Shown: one piece after another, positions 41,324 through 53,324 of the stretch
Layout of the letters: every line of letters starts with the position of its first letter
Position numbering within the stretch: position 1 is the stretch's first letter
Assembly (NCBI GenBank): GCA_032654565.1
Contig: JAULAX010000015.1
Location: 640,001-704,000, forward strand
DNA length: 64,000 bases
Direction: 5' to 3'
Source of the DNA: Anaeromyxobacteraceae bacterium
GTDB lineage: Bacteria > Myxococcota > Myxococcia > Myxococcales > Anaeromyxobacteraceae
Program-made: the position numbers and the translations under genes
The notes under the pieces: model-generated
Told to the model about the DNA's origin: nothing
Databases searched by the model: none
The model's input: only the letters and a program-made list of their open reading frames with translations

Positions 41324-43561
41324 TCACTTCCCGAGGCCGTACCCGAGGTAGACGGCGAGGCCGATGTGGGCCACCAGGGCCACCACCAGGAAGGCCGCCG
41401 CCGTGGTGTGGAAGAGCCGCCACCCGCGCAGCAGCCGCTTCAGCGACTTGTAGAAGCGCAGCTGCCAGCGGAGCCGGGTCAGCTGGACCAGCGCGGCCCG
41501 GAGGTCGGTGTAGTGCTCCGGGTGCTGGAGCCGCCGCCGCAGCAGCCGCAGCCGGATCCGCAAGGAGATCGACTCGAAGGGGTAGCGGACGAAGAGGGCC
41601 AGCAGCGAGCCGGAGCGGACCGGCGAGGTGGCCCGGTCGAGGAGCGCGGCGCCGTCGGAGGTGCCGACCAGCTCCGGCGCGGCGTAGGCCCGCAGCCGCT
41701 CGAAGCTGGCGCCCAGCTCCTCCAGCTCGACGAAGTGGTCGCCGGTGTGGGCCGGCACCAGCCCGTAGATGTAGCGACCGATGACGCCGGTGACGACCAC
41801 CACCGCCAGGGCCACGTAGGTCCCGGTGGCCAGGCGGTTGTTCATCTCGAAGGCGGCGTGGAAGGCGATCACCAGCGGGCTCAGGAAGCCGACGAAGACG
41901 TGGAAGTCGAGCCAGCCGGCGATGTCTCCCAGCCCGTTGAGGCGGCGGACCCGCTTGCGGACCGCCAGCAGGAAGTTGGAGAGCATGACGGCGGTGGCCA
42001 CCATGCCGACCCCGTGCCCCCAGCGGCCGGCGGAGCGGAGCGCCTTGTGGAGCGGCGAGTGCTCCCGGGCCAGGTTGGGGAGCAGGTAGTAGCTCCAGCC
42101 CACCGAGGTCAGGTAGGCCAGCACCGACAGGCCGAGCGCGACGTAGAGGATCCGCCGCAGGGTGCGGCGCCGCTGCACCTCCAGCTCCTGGCCGGTGGGG
42201 GGCCGGGCCACCGGTCCGCTGGCCACGCTCGCCGGCGCGCTCCCCGGCGCCGGGGCCTGTGTCCCCAGCTCCTCACCGTGGAAGCGGCGCATGGAGACGC
42301 CCACGCCACCAAGGAACTCCACGGGCTGCTCGCCGCCGATGTTGATGATGACGAAGTCGTTGCCGAGCCGCAGCGGCGCGCCGGCGACGTCGAGCCGGAC
42401 CGCGTCGGGCTCGACGGCCACCACCCGCGACGGCAGCAGGGCCTTGAGCCGCCCGGCGGCGATGAGGGCGCCGACCCGGGCCCGGTTGGCCTCGCGGCAG
42501 CCGCTGAAGTCGGCGTTCCGGTAGGAGATGGTCACCTCGGCGCTCGACTCGGTGGCCAGCTGCACCGCCGCCTCGATGGCCGCGTCGCCGCCGCCCACCA
42601 CCAGCACCCGGGTCCCCTGGTACTGCTCGGGCTCGGTGAGGGCGTAGACCACCTTCTCCAGCTCCTCGCCCGGGACGCCCAGCTTGCGCGGGGTGCCGCG
42701 CCGGCCGATGGCCAGCACCACCTTGGCGGCGGTGATGGGCCCGGCGGTGGTGAGCGCCGTGAAGGCCCCGTCGGCCCCGTCGAGGCCGGTCATCTTGACG
42801 CCCTGCTCCACCACCAGGCCGACCCTGGCGATGATCCCGTCCCACCCCTCCAGCAGCTCCTCCTTGGTGATGAGCGGCTTGCCGAAGGAGCCGACCGGCG
42901 GAAGGTCGACCGCCCCGGACATGGCCACCTTGCGGCGCGGGTAGTGGAAGATGGTGCCCCCCACCGAGCCCTGCTCGAGCAGCCGGTAGGCCACCCCCTT
43001 GGCCTTGAGCGCCAGCGCGGTGGCCAGCCCGGCCGGCCCGGCCCCGACCACCACCACCGTGCCGCCCGGGGGCGTCACCTCGGCGAGGCGATCGGCGGCC
43101 TGCAGCCCCTGGAGCAGGGCGTTCTTGATGAGCCCCATCCCGGCCAGCTCGCCGACGATGAGGACGCCGGGCCGCGACGACTCGAAGAAGCGGTCGACCT
43201 GGGGCAGGTCGACGCCGCGCTCGGCGGAGCCGAAGACCAGCCGGATGGCCTGGACCGGGCACTCCTCGGCGCAGCCGCCGTGGCCGATGCAGTGGTCGCC
43301 GTGGATCAGCTCCGCCGAGTGCCCGACCATCCCGAGGATGTCCCCCTCGGGGCAGGCGTTGAGGCAGGACCCGCTGCCGATGCAGCGGTCGGCGTCGATG
43401 ACCGGGTGGAGCGAGCGGGCCAGGTGCTTCTTCGACTCCTCCTGGTGGAGGAGGGTGGCTCGCTCGCTCCGCAGCCGGGCGTGGCGGCGGAACGAGACCA
43501 GGGCCCCGGCCATGACCGGGACGGCCACGAGGGCGAGCAGGCTCAGACTTCCCTGGTCCAT
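41324..43561 (-). CDS. ferredoxin + FAD/NAD(P) oxidoreductase + His-containing membrane domain fusion
   Basis: CIGSGSCLNACP and CIGHGGCAEECP, GAGPAG, GGGDAA, C-terminal TMs with His residues. Confidence 0.8.
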   Translation of the reverse strand: MDQGSLSLLALVAVPVMAGALVSFRRHARLRSERATLLHQEESKKHLARSLHPVIDADRCIGSGSCLNACPEGDILGMVGHSAELIHGDHCIGHGGCAEECPVQAIRLVFGSAERGVDLPQVDRFFESSRPGVLIVGELAGMGLIKNALLQGLQAADRLAEVTPPGGTVVVVGAGPAGLATALALKAKGVAYRLLEQGSVGGTIFHYPRRKVAMSGAVDLPPVGSFGKPLITKEELLEGWDGIIARVGLVVEQGVKMTGLDGADGAFTALTTAGPITAAKVVLAIGRRGTPRKLGVPGEELEKVVYALTEPEQYQGTRVLVVGGGDAAIEAAVQLATESSAEVTISYRNADFSGCREANRARVGALIAAGRLKALLPSRVVAVEPDAVRLDVAGAPLRLGNDFVIINIGGEQPVEFLGGVGVSMRRFHGEELGTQAPAPGSAPASVASGPVARPPTGQELEVQRRRTLRRILYVALGLSVLAYLTSVGWSYYLLPNLAREHSPLHKALRSAGRWGHGVGMVATAVMLSNFLLAVRKRVRRLNGLGDIAGWLDFHVFVGFLSPLVIAFHAAFEMNNRLATGTYVALAVVVVTGVIGRYIYGLVPAHTGDHFVELEELGASFERLRAYAAPELVGTSDGAALLDRATSPVRSGSLLALFVRYPFESISLRIRLRLLRRRLQHPEHYTDLRAALVQLTRLRWQLRFYKSLKRLLRGWRLFHTTAAAFLVVALVAHIGLAVYLGYGLGK

Positions 43562-43770
43562 GGAGACGGCCTTTCAGGATGGGTTCCGGTCGGACCAGTG
43601 CACCCGTCGAGCCAGCCGGCGCTCGCGCCTGGCTCCTCGTCATTCCGGTCGCTTGGATCCCGGGGCCAGCGGGACCGGGCCGGAGGCGATCCCATCAGTC
43701 CGACCGACGCGTCGACCGTTCTGATGGGATGAGATGGCCTGGCGCCGCGAACCGGCCGATGATGCGGCCC

Positions 43771-44694
43771 ATGTCGACCCGGCTCCTCGCGCTGCTGCTC
43801 GCCGCCACCGCCGCCTGCGCCTCCGTGCCCGTGGTGCCCCCGCCCCCGCCTCCGCCGCTCCCGATGCCGGCGCCCGGGCCACCGCCCATGCCGCGGGTGG
43901 CGCTGGTGCTGGGCGGCGGGGCCGCCCGCGGCTTCGCCCACATCGGGGTCATCCGCATCCTCGAGCAGGAGAAGATCCCCATCGACCTGGTGGTCGGCAC
44001 CAGCGTCGGGAGCCTGATCGGCGCGCTCTACGCGCAGCAGCGCGACGTCTTCGAGCTGGAGTGGACCGCCTTCGCGCTCACCCGGGACGACCTGCTCGAC
44101 ACCGGGGTCCTGAACGCCTTCGTGGGCATGGGGCTCGCCAAGGGGGAGCGGCTGGAGAAGTTCGTGGAGTCGAAGCTGAAGGTCAAGACCATCGAGGCGC
44201 TGCAGGTGCCCTTCGTCGCCGTGGCCACCGACCTCAACTGGGGGACCAGGGTGGTCATCGACCACGGCTCCATCTCCCGGGCGGTGCACGCCTCCAGCGC
44301 CATCCCCGGGATCTTCGAGCCGGTGTCGCACCTGGGGAAGATCCTGGTGGACGGCGGGGTGGTGGACAACATCCCCATCTCGGTGGCCCGCGACCGCGGC
44401 GCCGACCTGGTGATCGCGGTCGACATCAGCGAGCAGGTCGGCAACACCAACATCACCAACATGTTCGACGTGCTGCTGCAGTCGGCCAACATCATGTTCG
44501 CGCTCAACGTGGAGCACTCCAAGCGCGGCGCCGACGTGCTGGTCACCCCGGACGTCGGTGGCGTGGCCATGCTCGACTTCTCCCAGAAGAAGCGCTGCAT
44601 GCAGGCCGGCATGGACGCGGCCCGCGCCGCCCTGCCACGGATCCGCGCCGCCATCGCCGACTGGCAGGCCAGGCGCCCGGCGCCGGGGAGCTGA
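43771..44694 (+). CDS. patatin-like phospholipase, lipoprotein
   Basis: GGGAARG, GTSVG and DGG motifs; lipobox TAAC. Confidence 0.9.
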   Translation: MSTRLLALLLAATAACASVPVVPPPPPPPLPMPAPGPPPMPRVALVLGGGAARGFAHIGVIRILEQEKIPIDLVVGTSVGSLIGALYAQQRDVFELEWTAFALTRDDLLDTGVLNAFVGMGLAKGERLEKFVESKLKVKTIEALQVPFVAVATDLNWGTRVVIDHGSISRAVHASSAIPGIFEPVSHLGKILVDGGVVDNIPISVARDRGADLVIAVDISEQVGNTNITNMFDVLLQSANIMFALNVEHSKRGADVLVTPDVGGVAMLDFSQKKRCMQAGMDAARAALPRIRAAIADWQARRPAPGS

Positions 44695-44763
44695 GCGGCG
44701 GGCTCGCGGAGCCCCGGGCTCGGCCTGCGCCGCAGCGCGGACCGGGCTACGTGAGTGGCGCCC

Positions 44764-45129
44764 TCACGCCGGCCGGACCTGCTTGTGGACCTTCTTGAGG
44801 AAGGTCTTGGTGCAGCGACCGTGGGTCTCCTCGTGGTTCATGATCTCGGCGACCAGCCGGGTCTTGGCGTCGGCGGAGAGCGTCGCGCAGGCGTTGACCT
44901 CGCGGGCCAGCTGGATGCCCTGCGGCGTGACCGGGGCCCTCGGCCCGGTCGGGGCCGCGGCCGCCGGCCGGTGGTGCTCCGGCTTGGTCTTGGTGACGTC
45001 GTGGAACCCGAAGGACGAGTCGGCGCGCCGCCCGGAGCCGCGGCAGCTGGGGCAGGTGGCGGTGGTGCCACCGAGGGCGTTGCTGACGCGGCCGTCACCG
45101 CCGCAGAACCTGCAGATCTCCTCTTCCAT
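44764..45129 (-). CDS. small DnaJ-type zinc-finger protein
   Basis: CRFCGGDG and CPSCRGSG (CxxCxGxG) motifs. Confidence 0.75.
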   Translation of the reverse strand: MEEEICRFCGGDGRVSNALGGTTATCPSCRGSGRRADSSFGFHDVTKTKPEHHRPAAAAPTGPRAPVTPQGIQLAREVNACATLSADAKTRLVAEIMNHEETHGRCTKTFLKKVHKQVRPA

Positions 45130-45296
45130 GCGATCCTCCCTTGGGCGTCGGCGCGGCGTGCCCCCATCGGTAGAGGGACCTGTCGAGACCCGGTGAGTGT
45201 AGGGCAGCCGGCGGCGGGGGTCATGCCGCTTCCCGGGCCACCGGCCGATGGTCGCCGGCCATGGATCCAGGCGCCCACTCGAGGCCGGGTCGGAGT

Positions 45297-45312
45297 TGGC
45301 ATGTCCCGTGCT
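45297..45312 (+). promoter_or_regulatory. sigma54 -24/-12 promoter
   Basis: TGGCATG-TCCC-GTGCT; exact GG-N10-GC spacing. Confidence 0.6.
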
Positions 45313-45419
45313 TGAGGGACAGCAGTAACGTGCGGACGCCAGTCGGCTCCCGCACATCCACTCACCTCTCCGGAAGAGCCTCGGCGGCGGTGGCGTCCAC
45401 TCTGGCTCGGAGCAGACCC

Positions 45420-46361
45420 TTGATCACACGCAGCCCTCGCATCGCCCTCCTCGCCTCGGTCGTCGCCTTCTCGGCGCTCGCCTGCGGCACCGCACCGTCC
45501 GCCACCCCCGCCTCCTCCACCCCCGCAGCGCCGTTCCTGGTCATGGCCGCCGCCGCCACGCCGCCGTTCGGCACCTCGGGGAGCTTCGCCATCCTGGCGA
45601 ACACCGCGGTGGCCTGCACCGACGCCACCATCATCGGCGACGTCGGCGTCTCGCCCGGCAGCGCCATCGTGCAGACCAACTGCCCGGTGACCGGCGCCCT
45701 CCACCCCAACGACGCCGCGGCCACCCAGGCCTACGCCGACTTCCTCGTCGCCTATGACGCCGTCGCGGCCATGCCGTGCGACCAGACCCTGATCACGCTC
45801 GACGGCCTGACCCTGGCGCCGGGCGTCTACTGCTTCGACGCGGCCGCCACCTCCACCGGCGGCGTGCTGACCCTCGACGGGCCGGCCACCGGCAGCTGGA
45901 TCTTCAAGGTCGGCACCCTCGGGACCGGCGCCCTGACCGGCACCGGCTTCTCGGTGACCACGCCGGCCGGCACGCCGCCGGCCTGCAGCAACGTCACCTG
46001 GTGGACGGCCCAGGCCGTCACCCTCACCGACTCGCAGTTCGTCGGCAACGTCCTGGCCGGCGCCGCCGTCACCCTGACCCGCGGGACCTTCGGCGGCAAC
46101 GCCGCCTCCAAGGCCGGCGTCACCATCACCGGCGACGCGGTCACCGGCTGCACCATGGGCAACGGCAACGGCAACGGCGGCGGCCACGGCGGCGGCTCGT
46201 CCTGCAAGAGCGAAGAGGACGACAGCGACGACGACCGCGGCGAGGCCTCCAGCTCCAGCGACGACGACGAGCACGACGGCCACTGCGAAAAGGACCACCA
46301 CGGCGACCGTGACCACCACGACGGCGACCGGGACCAGAAGCACCACGACAGCAAGAAGTAG
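45420..46361 (+). CDS. ice-binding family (DUF3494) lipoprotein with Asp/His-rich tail
   Basis: FAILA, GDVGVSPG, TLAPGVYCF, LTLDG...WIFKVG and GNVLA motifs; TTG start after GGAG; lipobox ALAC. Confidence 0.85.
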   Translation: MITRSPRIALLASVVAFSALACGTAPSATPASSTPAAPFLVMAAAATPPFGTSGSFAILANTAVACTDATIIGDVGVSPGSAIVQTNCPVTGALHPNDAAATQAYADFLVAYDAVAAMPCDQTLITLDGLTLAPGVYCFDAAATSTGGVLTLDGPATGSWIFKVGTLGTGALTGTGFSVTTPAGTPPACSNVTWWTAQAVTLTDSQFVGNVLAGAAVTLTRGTFGGNAASKAGVTITGDAVTGCTMGNGNGNGGGHGGGSSCKSEEDDSDDDRGEASSSSDDDEHDGHCEKDHHGDRDHHDGDRDQKHHDSKK

Positions 46362-46367
46362 GTAGCC

Positions 46368-46407
46368 TCCCCGCGTCCGTCGCCGAATCCGGTGGCGGGC
46401 GCGGGGA
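46368..46407. terminator. hairpin between the convergent DUF3494 gene and trpA
   Basis: tccccgcgtccgtcgccg-aatc-cggtggcgggcgcgggga stem. Confidence 0.6.
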
Positions 46408-46428
46408 CCTTCAGCGCCAGCGGGTCGA

Positions 46429-47243
46429 TCAGCGACGAAGCGGCGATTCGACCCGCCGCAGCGCCCTGGCCAGCGAGGCCACGAAGGCCTTGACCCGGCC
46501 GGCGCGCGCGCTGCGCGAGCCGGGGGCGGCGCCGCGCGAGACGATGGCGCTCCCCACCACCACGCCGTCGGCCAGCGAGCCGAGCAGGCGGGCCTGCTCC
46601 GGCGTCGAGATCCCGAAGCCGATCACCACCGGCACCGGGCTTGCGGCCCGCACCGCGGCGACGCGCGCCGTCAGGTCCGGGGGCAGCTCGGCCCGGGCCC
46701 CGGTCACGCCGGTCACCGAGACGAAGTAGAGGAAGCCGCTGGCCGTCCGCGCCGCCGCGGCCACCCGCGCCGGCGTCGAGGTGGGGGCCAGCAGGAAGAC
46801 CAGCGCCAGCCCGTTCCGGGCCGCGATCTCGCCCAGCTCGCCGGCCTCCTCGGGGAGGAGGTCGGGGATGATGAAGGCGTCGACGCCGGCCGCGGCCGCC
46901 TCGGCGGCGAAGGGCTCGAAGCCGGCCGAGAGCAGCGGGTTCAAGTAGCCCATCAGCGCCACCGGCACCTGGCTGCGGGCGCGCACCGCCCGCACCACCG
47001 CCAGGCAGTCGCGCGGCGTGGTGCCGTGGCGGAGCGCCCGCTGCGCCGCCAGCTGGATGGTCTCGCCGTCGGCGATGGGGTCGGAGAAGGGGACGCCGAT
47101 CTCCAGCAGGTCGGCACCGCCGGCCACGCAGGCCAGCGCCAGCGCCGTGGAGCCGGCCAGGTCGGGGTCGCCCCCCATCACGTAGGTGACCAGGGCCCCG
47201 CGCCGCTCGGCCTTGCAGCGGGCGAAGGTGGCGGCGATCCGCT

Positions 47244-47247
<4 letters not shown>
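46429..47247 (-). CDS. trpA: tryptophan synthase alpha chain
   Basis: [19 protein letters not shown] and GVVVGSA motifs. Confidence 0.97.
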
Positions 47248-48571
<1,324 letters not shown>

Positions 48572-48575
<4 letters not shown>

Positions 48576-49185
48576 GGTGACTCCTTGGCGGCGCGGATGA
48601 AGCGCTCCAGCAGCTGGTGGTCCTTCACGCCGGGTGACGACTCGACGCCGCTGGCCACGTCGACGCAGTACGGGTGCACCGCGGCGATGGCCTCGGCGAC
48701 GTTGGCGGGGGTGAGGCCGCCGGCCAGGAGCACCGGGCCACGCCGGGCCAGCGCCGCGGCGGTGGGCCAGTGGCAGGTCCGGCCGCTGCCGCCGTGGTCG
48801 GCGCTGGGGGCGTCGAGCAGCAGGCCGGAGAGGCCGGCGAACGGCTCGGCCGCGGCCAGCGCCTCTTCGCCCCCCACCGGCAGGGCCTTCAGCACCGGCA
48901 GCTGGAAGGCGCGGCAGAAGAGCGGCGACTCGGCGCCGTGGAGCTGCAGCACCTGCACGCCGGAGATGGCGGCGGCGGCCACCGCCTCGTCGTGGGAGGG
49001 GTCGACGAAGACGCCCACCGCGGTGACCAGCGGCGGGAGCCGGCGGATGATGGCGCGGGCCTGGGCCGGGGCGATGAAGCGCCGCGAGCCGGGCCAGAAG
49101 TTGAAGCCGAGGGCGTCGGCGCCCAGCGCCACCGCGGCCAGGGCGTCCTCGAGCCGGGTCAGGCCGCAGATCTTGACCCGCACCG

Positions 49186-49189
<4 letters not shown>
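48572..49189 (-). CDS. trpF: phosphoribosylanthranilate isomerase
   Basis: VKICG, QLHG, LAGGL and DVASGVE motifs. Confidence 0.95.
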
Positions 49190-49964
<775 letters not shown>

Positions 49965-49968
<4 letters not shown>

Positions 49969-50993
49969 GCCGGGCCCGGGCCGCGGGGGGCGCCGGTGGC
50001 CTCGACCAGCCGTCGCAGCTTCTCGGCGGCGGCCCCCGAGTCGATGGCGCGGGCGGCCACGGCGACGCCGCCGCGCAGGTCGCTGGCGGCCCCGGCGCAG
50101 ACCAGGGCGGCCGCGGCGTTGGCCAGCACGGCGTCGCGCGGGCCCCCGGCCTGGCCGCCGAGCACGTCGCGCAGGATGGCGGCGTTGCGGGCGGCGTCGC
50201 CCCCGGCCAGCGCCGACTCCGGGTGGCGGGGCAGGCCGAGGTCCTCGGGCAGGACGCAGTAGCGGTCCACCGCCCCGCCCTTGACCTCGGCGACGTGGGT
50301 CATGCCGGTGACGGCGATCTCGTCGAGCCCCTCGCCGTGGACCACGAAGGCGTGCACCGCCCCCAGCGCCGCCAGCACCCCGCCGATGACCGGGACCCAG
50401 CGCGGCTCGTAGACGCCCATCACCTGGTGGCGGGCGCCGGCCGGGTTGGCCAGCGGGCCGAGCAGGTTGAAGACGGTGCGGACCCCCAGCTCGCGGCGGA
50501 TGCCGGCCACCGCCTTGAAGGCCGGGTGGAGCCGCTGGGCGAAGAGGAAGCCGATGCCGATCTCGGCGATGGCCCGCTCCACCACCGCGGTGGGGGCGTC
50601 GACGTCGACGCCGAGCGCGCCGAGGACGTCGGCCGAGCCGGAGCGCGAGGAGACGGCGCGGTTGCCGTGCTTGGCCACCACCACCCCGGCGCCGGCCACC
50701 ACGAAGGCGGCGGTGGTGGAGATGTTGAAGGTGTTGCGCGAGTCGCCGCCGGTGCCGCAGGTGTCGACGAAGACCGGGGCGGCGACGTGGACCTTCTCGG
50801 CGCGGGCCCGCATCACCTCGGCGGCGCCGGTGATCTCGTCCACCGTCTCGCCCTTGATGCGGAGCGCGGCCAGGAAGGCGCCCACCTGGGCCGGGGTGGC
50901 GGCGCCGTCGGCGATCTCGTTCATCACCGCGGCCACCTCGACGCGGGTGAGGGCGTGGGCCTCGAGCAGCCGGGCCAGGGCCTGCTGGATCAC
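49965..50993 (-). CDS. trpD: anthranilate phosphoribosyltransferase
   Basis: [12 protein letters not shown] and [15 protein letters not shown] motifs. Confidence 0.97.
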
Positions 50994-51592
50994 GGCGACC
51001 TCCCCGCGGCGGCGCCGAGCCGGGCCAGCCAGTTGGCCAGCAGCGGCTTCCCGGCCTCGGTCAGGATCGACTCGGGGTGGAACTGCACGCCCTCGACGTC
51101 GAGGGTGCGGTGGCGCAGCCCCATGATCTCCTCCTCGGCGGTCCAGCTGGTGACCTCGAGCGCGTCCGGCAGCGTGGCCCGCTCCACCACCAGCGAGTGG
51201 TAGCGCCCGGCCTGGAACGGGTTGGGCAGCCCCCGGTAGAGGCCGCCGCCGGCGTGGTGGACCGGGCTGGCCTTGCCGTGGACGATCCGCTGGTTGCGCC
51301 GGACCACCCCGCCGAAGGCCTGGCCGATGGCCTGGTGGCCGAGGCAGACCCCGAGGATGGGCAGCTCGCCGGCCAGCGCGGTGATGGCCGCCAGCGTCAC
51401 CCCGGCCTCGTTGGGGGTGCAGGGGCCGGGGGAGAGGAGAAGGCCGTCGGGGCGGGCGGCGCGGATGCCGGCCACGTCGACCTGGTCGTTGCGGTGCACG
51501 GTGACCTCGGCCCCCAGCTCGCCGAGGTACTGGACCAGGTTGAAGGTGAAGCTATCGTAGTTGTCGATCAGGAGGACGCGGGGCGCGGTCAT
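50990..51592 (-). CDS. trpG: anthranilate synthase component II (glutamine amidotransferase)
   Basis: [15 protein letters not shown] and QFHPES motifs. Confidence 0.95.
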   Translation of the reverse strand: MTAPRVLLIDNYDSFTFNLVQYLGELGAEVTVHRNDQVDVAGIRAARPDGLLLSPGPCTPNEAGVTLAAITALAGELPILGVCLGHQAIGQAFGGVVRRNQRIVHGKASPVHHAGGGLYRGLPNPFQAGRYHSLVVERATLPDALEVTSWTAEEEIMGLRHRTLDVEGVQFHPESILTEAGKPLLANWLARLGAAAGRSP

Positions 51593-53161
51593 GAACGCCC
51601 TCCTTTCGCGGCCTGCTTCTTCGCCTTCACCGGGCGTGACGGGCGACGGGCCGGGCGGGCCACCGGGGCCCGGGCCACGGCGTCGAGCACCCGGGCCTCG
51701 GCCTGGGCCACCGCGGTGAAGACCGCCCGGGCCTTGTTGACCGTCTCCTGGTACTCGGTCTCCGGCACCGAGTCGTAGACCAGCCCGGCCCCCGACTGCA
51801 CCGAGACCCGCCGGCCGCTGGCCACCAGGGTGCGGATGGCGATGCAGAGCTCCATGTTGCCGCCCCGGTCGAAGTAGCCGACCGCCCCGGCGTAGGGGCC
51901 GCGCCGGGCCGGCTCCAGCTGGTCGATGATCTCCATGGCCCGCACCTTGGGCGAGCCGGAGACGGTGCCGGCCGGGAAGCCGGCGCGCAGCACGTCCACC
52001 GCGGTGCGGCCCGGGGCCAGCCGCCCCTTCACCTCCGAGACCAGGTGCATGACGTGCGAGTACCGCTCCACGGTCTTCAGCGCCGTCAGCCGCACCGAGC
52101 CGATGGCCGCCACCCGCCCCACGTCGTTGCGGCCGAGGTCGACCAGCATGACGTGCTCGGCGTTCTCCTTGGGGTCGGCGCGCAGCTCGGCCTCCAGGGC
52201 GGCGTCCTCGGCGGCGTCGCGGCCGCGCCGCCGGGTGCCGGCGATGGGGCGCAGCGTGATCTCGCCGTCCTGCAGCTTGATCAGCGTCTCCGGCGAGGAG
52301 CCGACCAGGGCCCGCTCCCCGTCCTGCAGGAAGAAGAGGTAGGGCGAGGGGTTGACCCGCCGCAGGGCCCGGTAGATCTCGAAGGGCGGCACCTGGACCT
52401 CGGCGTCGAACCGCTGCGAGAGGACGATCTGCTGGCAGTCGCCGGCGCGGACGAACTCCTTGGCCCGCTCCACCGCCGCCAGGAAGGCCTTCTTGCCGAT
52501 GCGGGGGCGCAGCACCGCCGGCGAGGCGGTGCGCCGGGCCCGGCGATCGACCAGCGGCCGGGCCAGCGCCTTGATGCGGGCGGCGATCCGCTTCAGCGCC
52601 GCGGCGTAGAGCGCCCTGGGGTCGTCGCCGAAGTCGCAGCGCACCTCGCAGATGACGTGGAGCGAGTGGCGCACGTTGTCGAAGGCCACCACCTCGTCGT
52701 AGTCGCCCAGCAGCACGTCGGGGAAGCCGTGCTCGTCCGGCTTGGAGCTGGAGACGCGCGGCTCGAAGAGGCCGACCGCTTCCCAGCCGACGTGGCCGAC
52801 CAGCCCCCCGGAGAAGGGGGGGGTGCCGGGGACGCGGACCGCGGCGTGTCCGGCCAGGGCGGCGCGGATGGCGTCGATGGGGTCGGCCGGATCGCCCAGC
52901 CTCCAGCGCAGCACCCGGCGCGGACCGGCGCCGAGGAAGGTGAAGCGGGCGCTCCGCTCGCCGCCCTCCACCGACTCGAGCAGGAAGGCGTGGGGGTGGC
53001 CGCGGGAGAGCTTGAGGAAGGCCGAGACCGGGGTCTCGGTGTCGGCGTCGATCTCGACGCGCACCGGTACGGCGCGCCCCGGTCGGCAGAGCTTCAGGAA
53101 CGTCGGGAGGTCTGGCTGGGGGCGCAGATCAGCGCCAAAGAAACACCGTCGTGCCGCGCAT
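51589..53161 (-). CDS. trpE: anthranilate synthase component I; N-terminus probably joined from the leader ORF by a +1 shift at 53137
   Basis: [21 protein letters not shown] and GTVSGSPK motifs. Identity is certain; the start and joining are inferred. Confidence 0.9.
53129..53161 (-). promoter_or_regulatory. trp leader [13 protein letters not shown] containing a prfB-like CTT-TGG shift site
   Basis: ATG CGC GGC ACG ACG GTG TTT CTT TGG CGC TGA read directly on the minus strand. Confidence 0.75.
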
Positions 53162-53171
53162 AGGGGGGACA

Positions 53172-53200
53172 CTCTTACCCGCATGGTGCACGGGCCGCAA
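53172..53200 (-). promoter_or_regulatory. sigma70-like promoter of the trp operon
   Basis: TTGCGG (53200-53195), 17-nt spacer, TAAGAG (53177-53172), 10 nt before the leader ATG. Confidence 0.55.
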
Positions 53201-53324
53201 GACCCGGCCGACGCACGGCTCGCGCCGCGCCAGGCGCCTGACGGAACGGCCTCCCCGCCGAGGCGCCGGCCGGTCCCCGGCCCACGGGTTGGCGCACCCC
53301 GGGTCGACGGGGTATGCGTCGAGC

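Noticed and set aside
53100..53161. Classical trp attenuator
   Set aside because: There is only one Trp codon, no terminator hairpin or U tract, and no spacer: the leader stop lies within the trpE reading frame
53139..53184. ORF-track trpE start at ATG 53184
   Set aside because: It falls within the predicted promoter spacer, has no SD, and gives an atypical, non-TrpE-like extension; not fully excluded without TSS data
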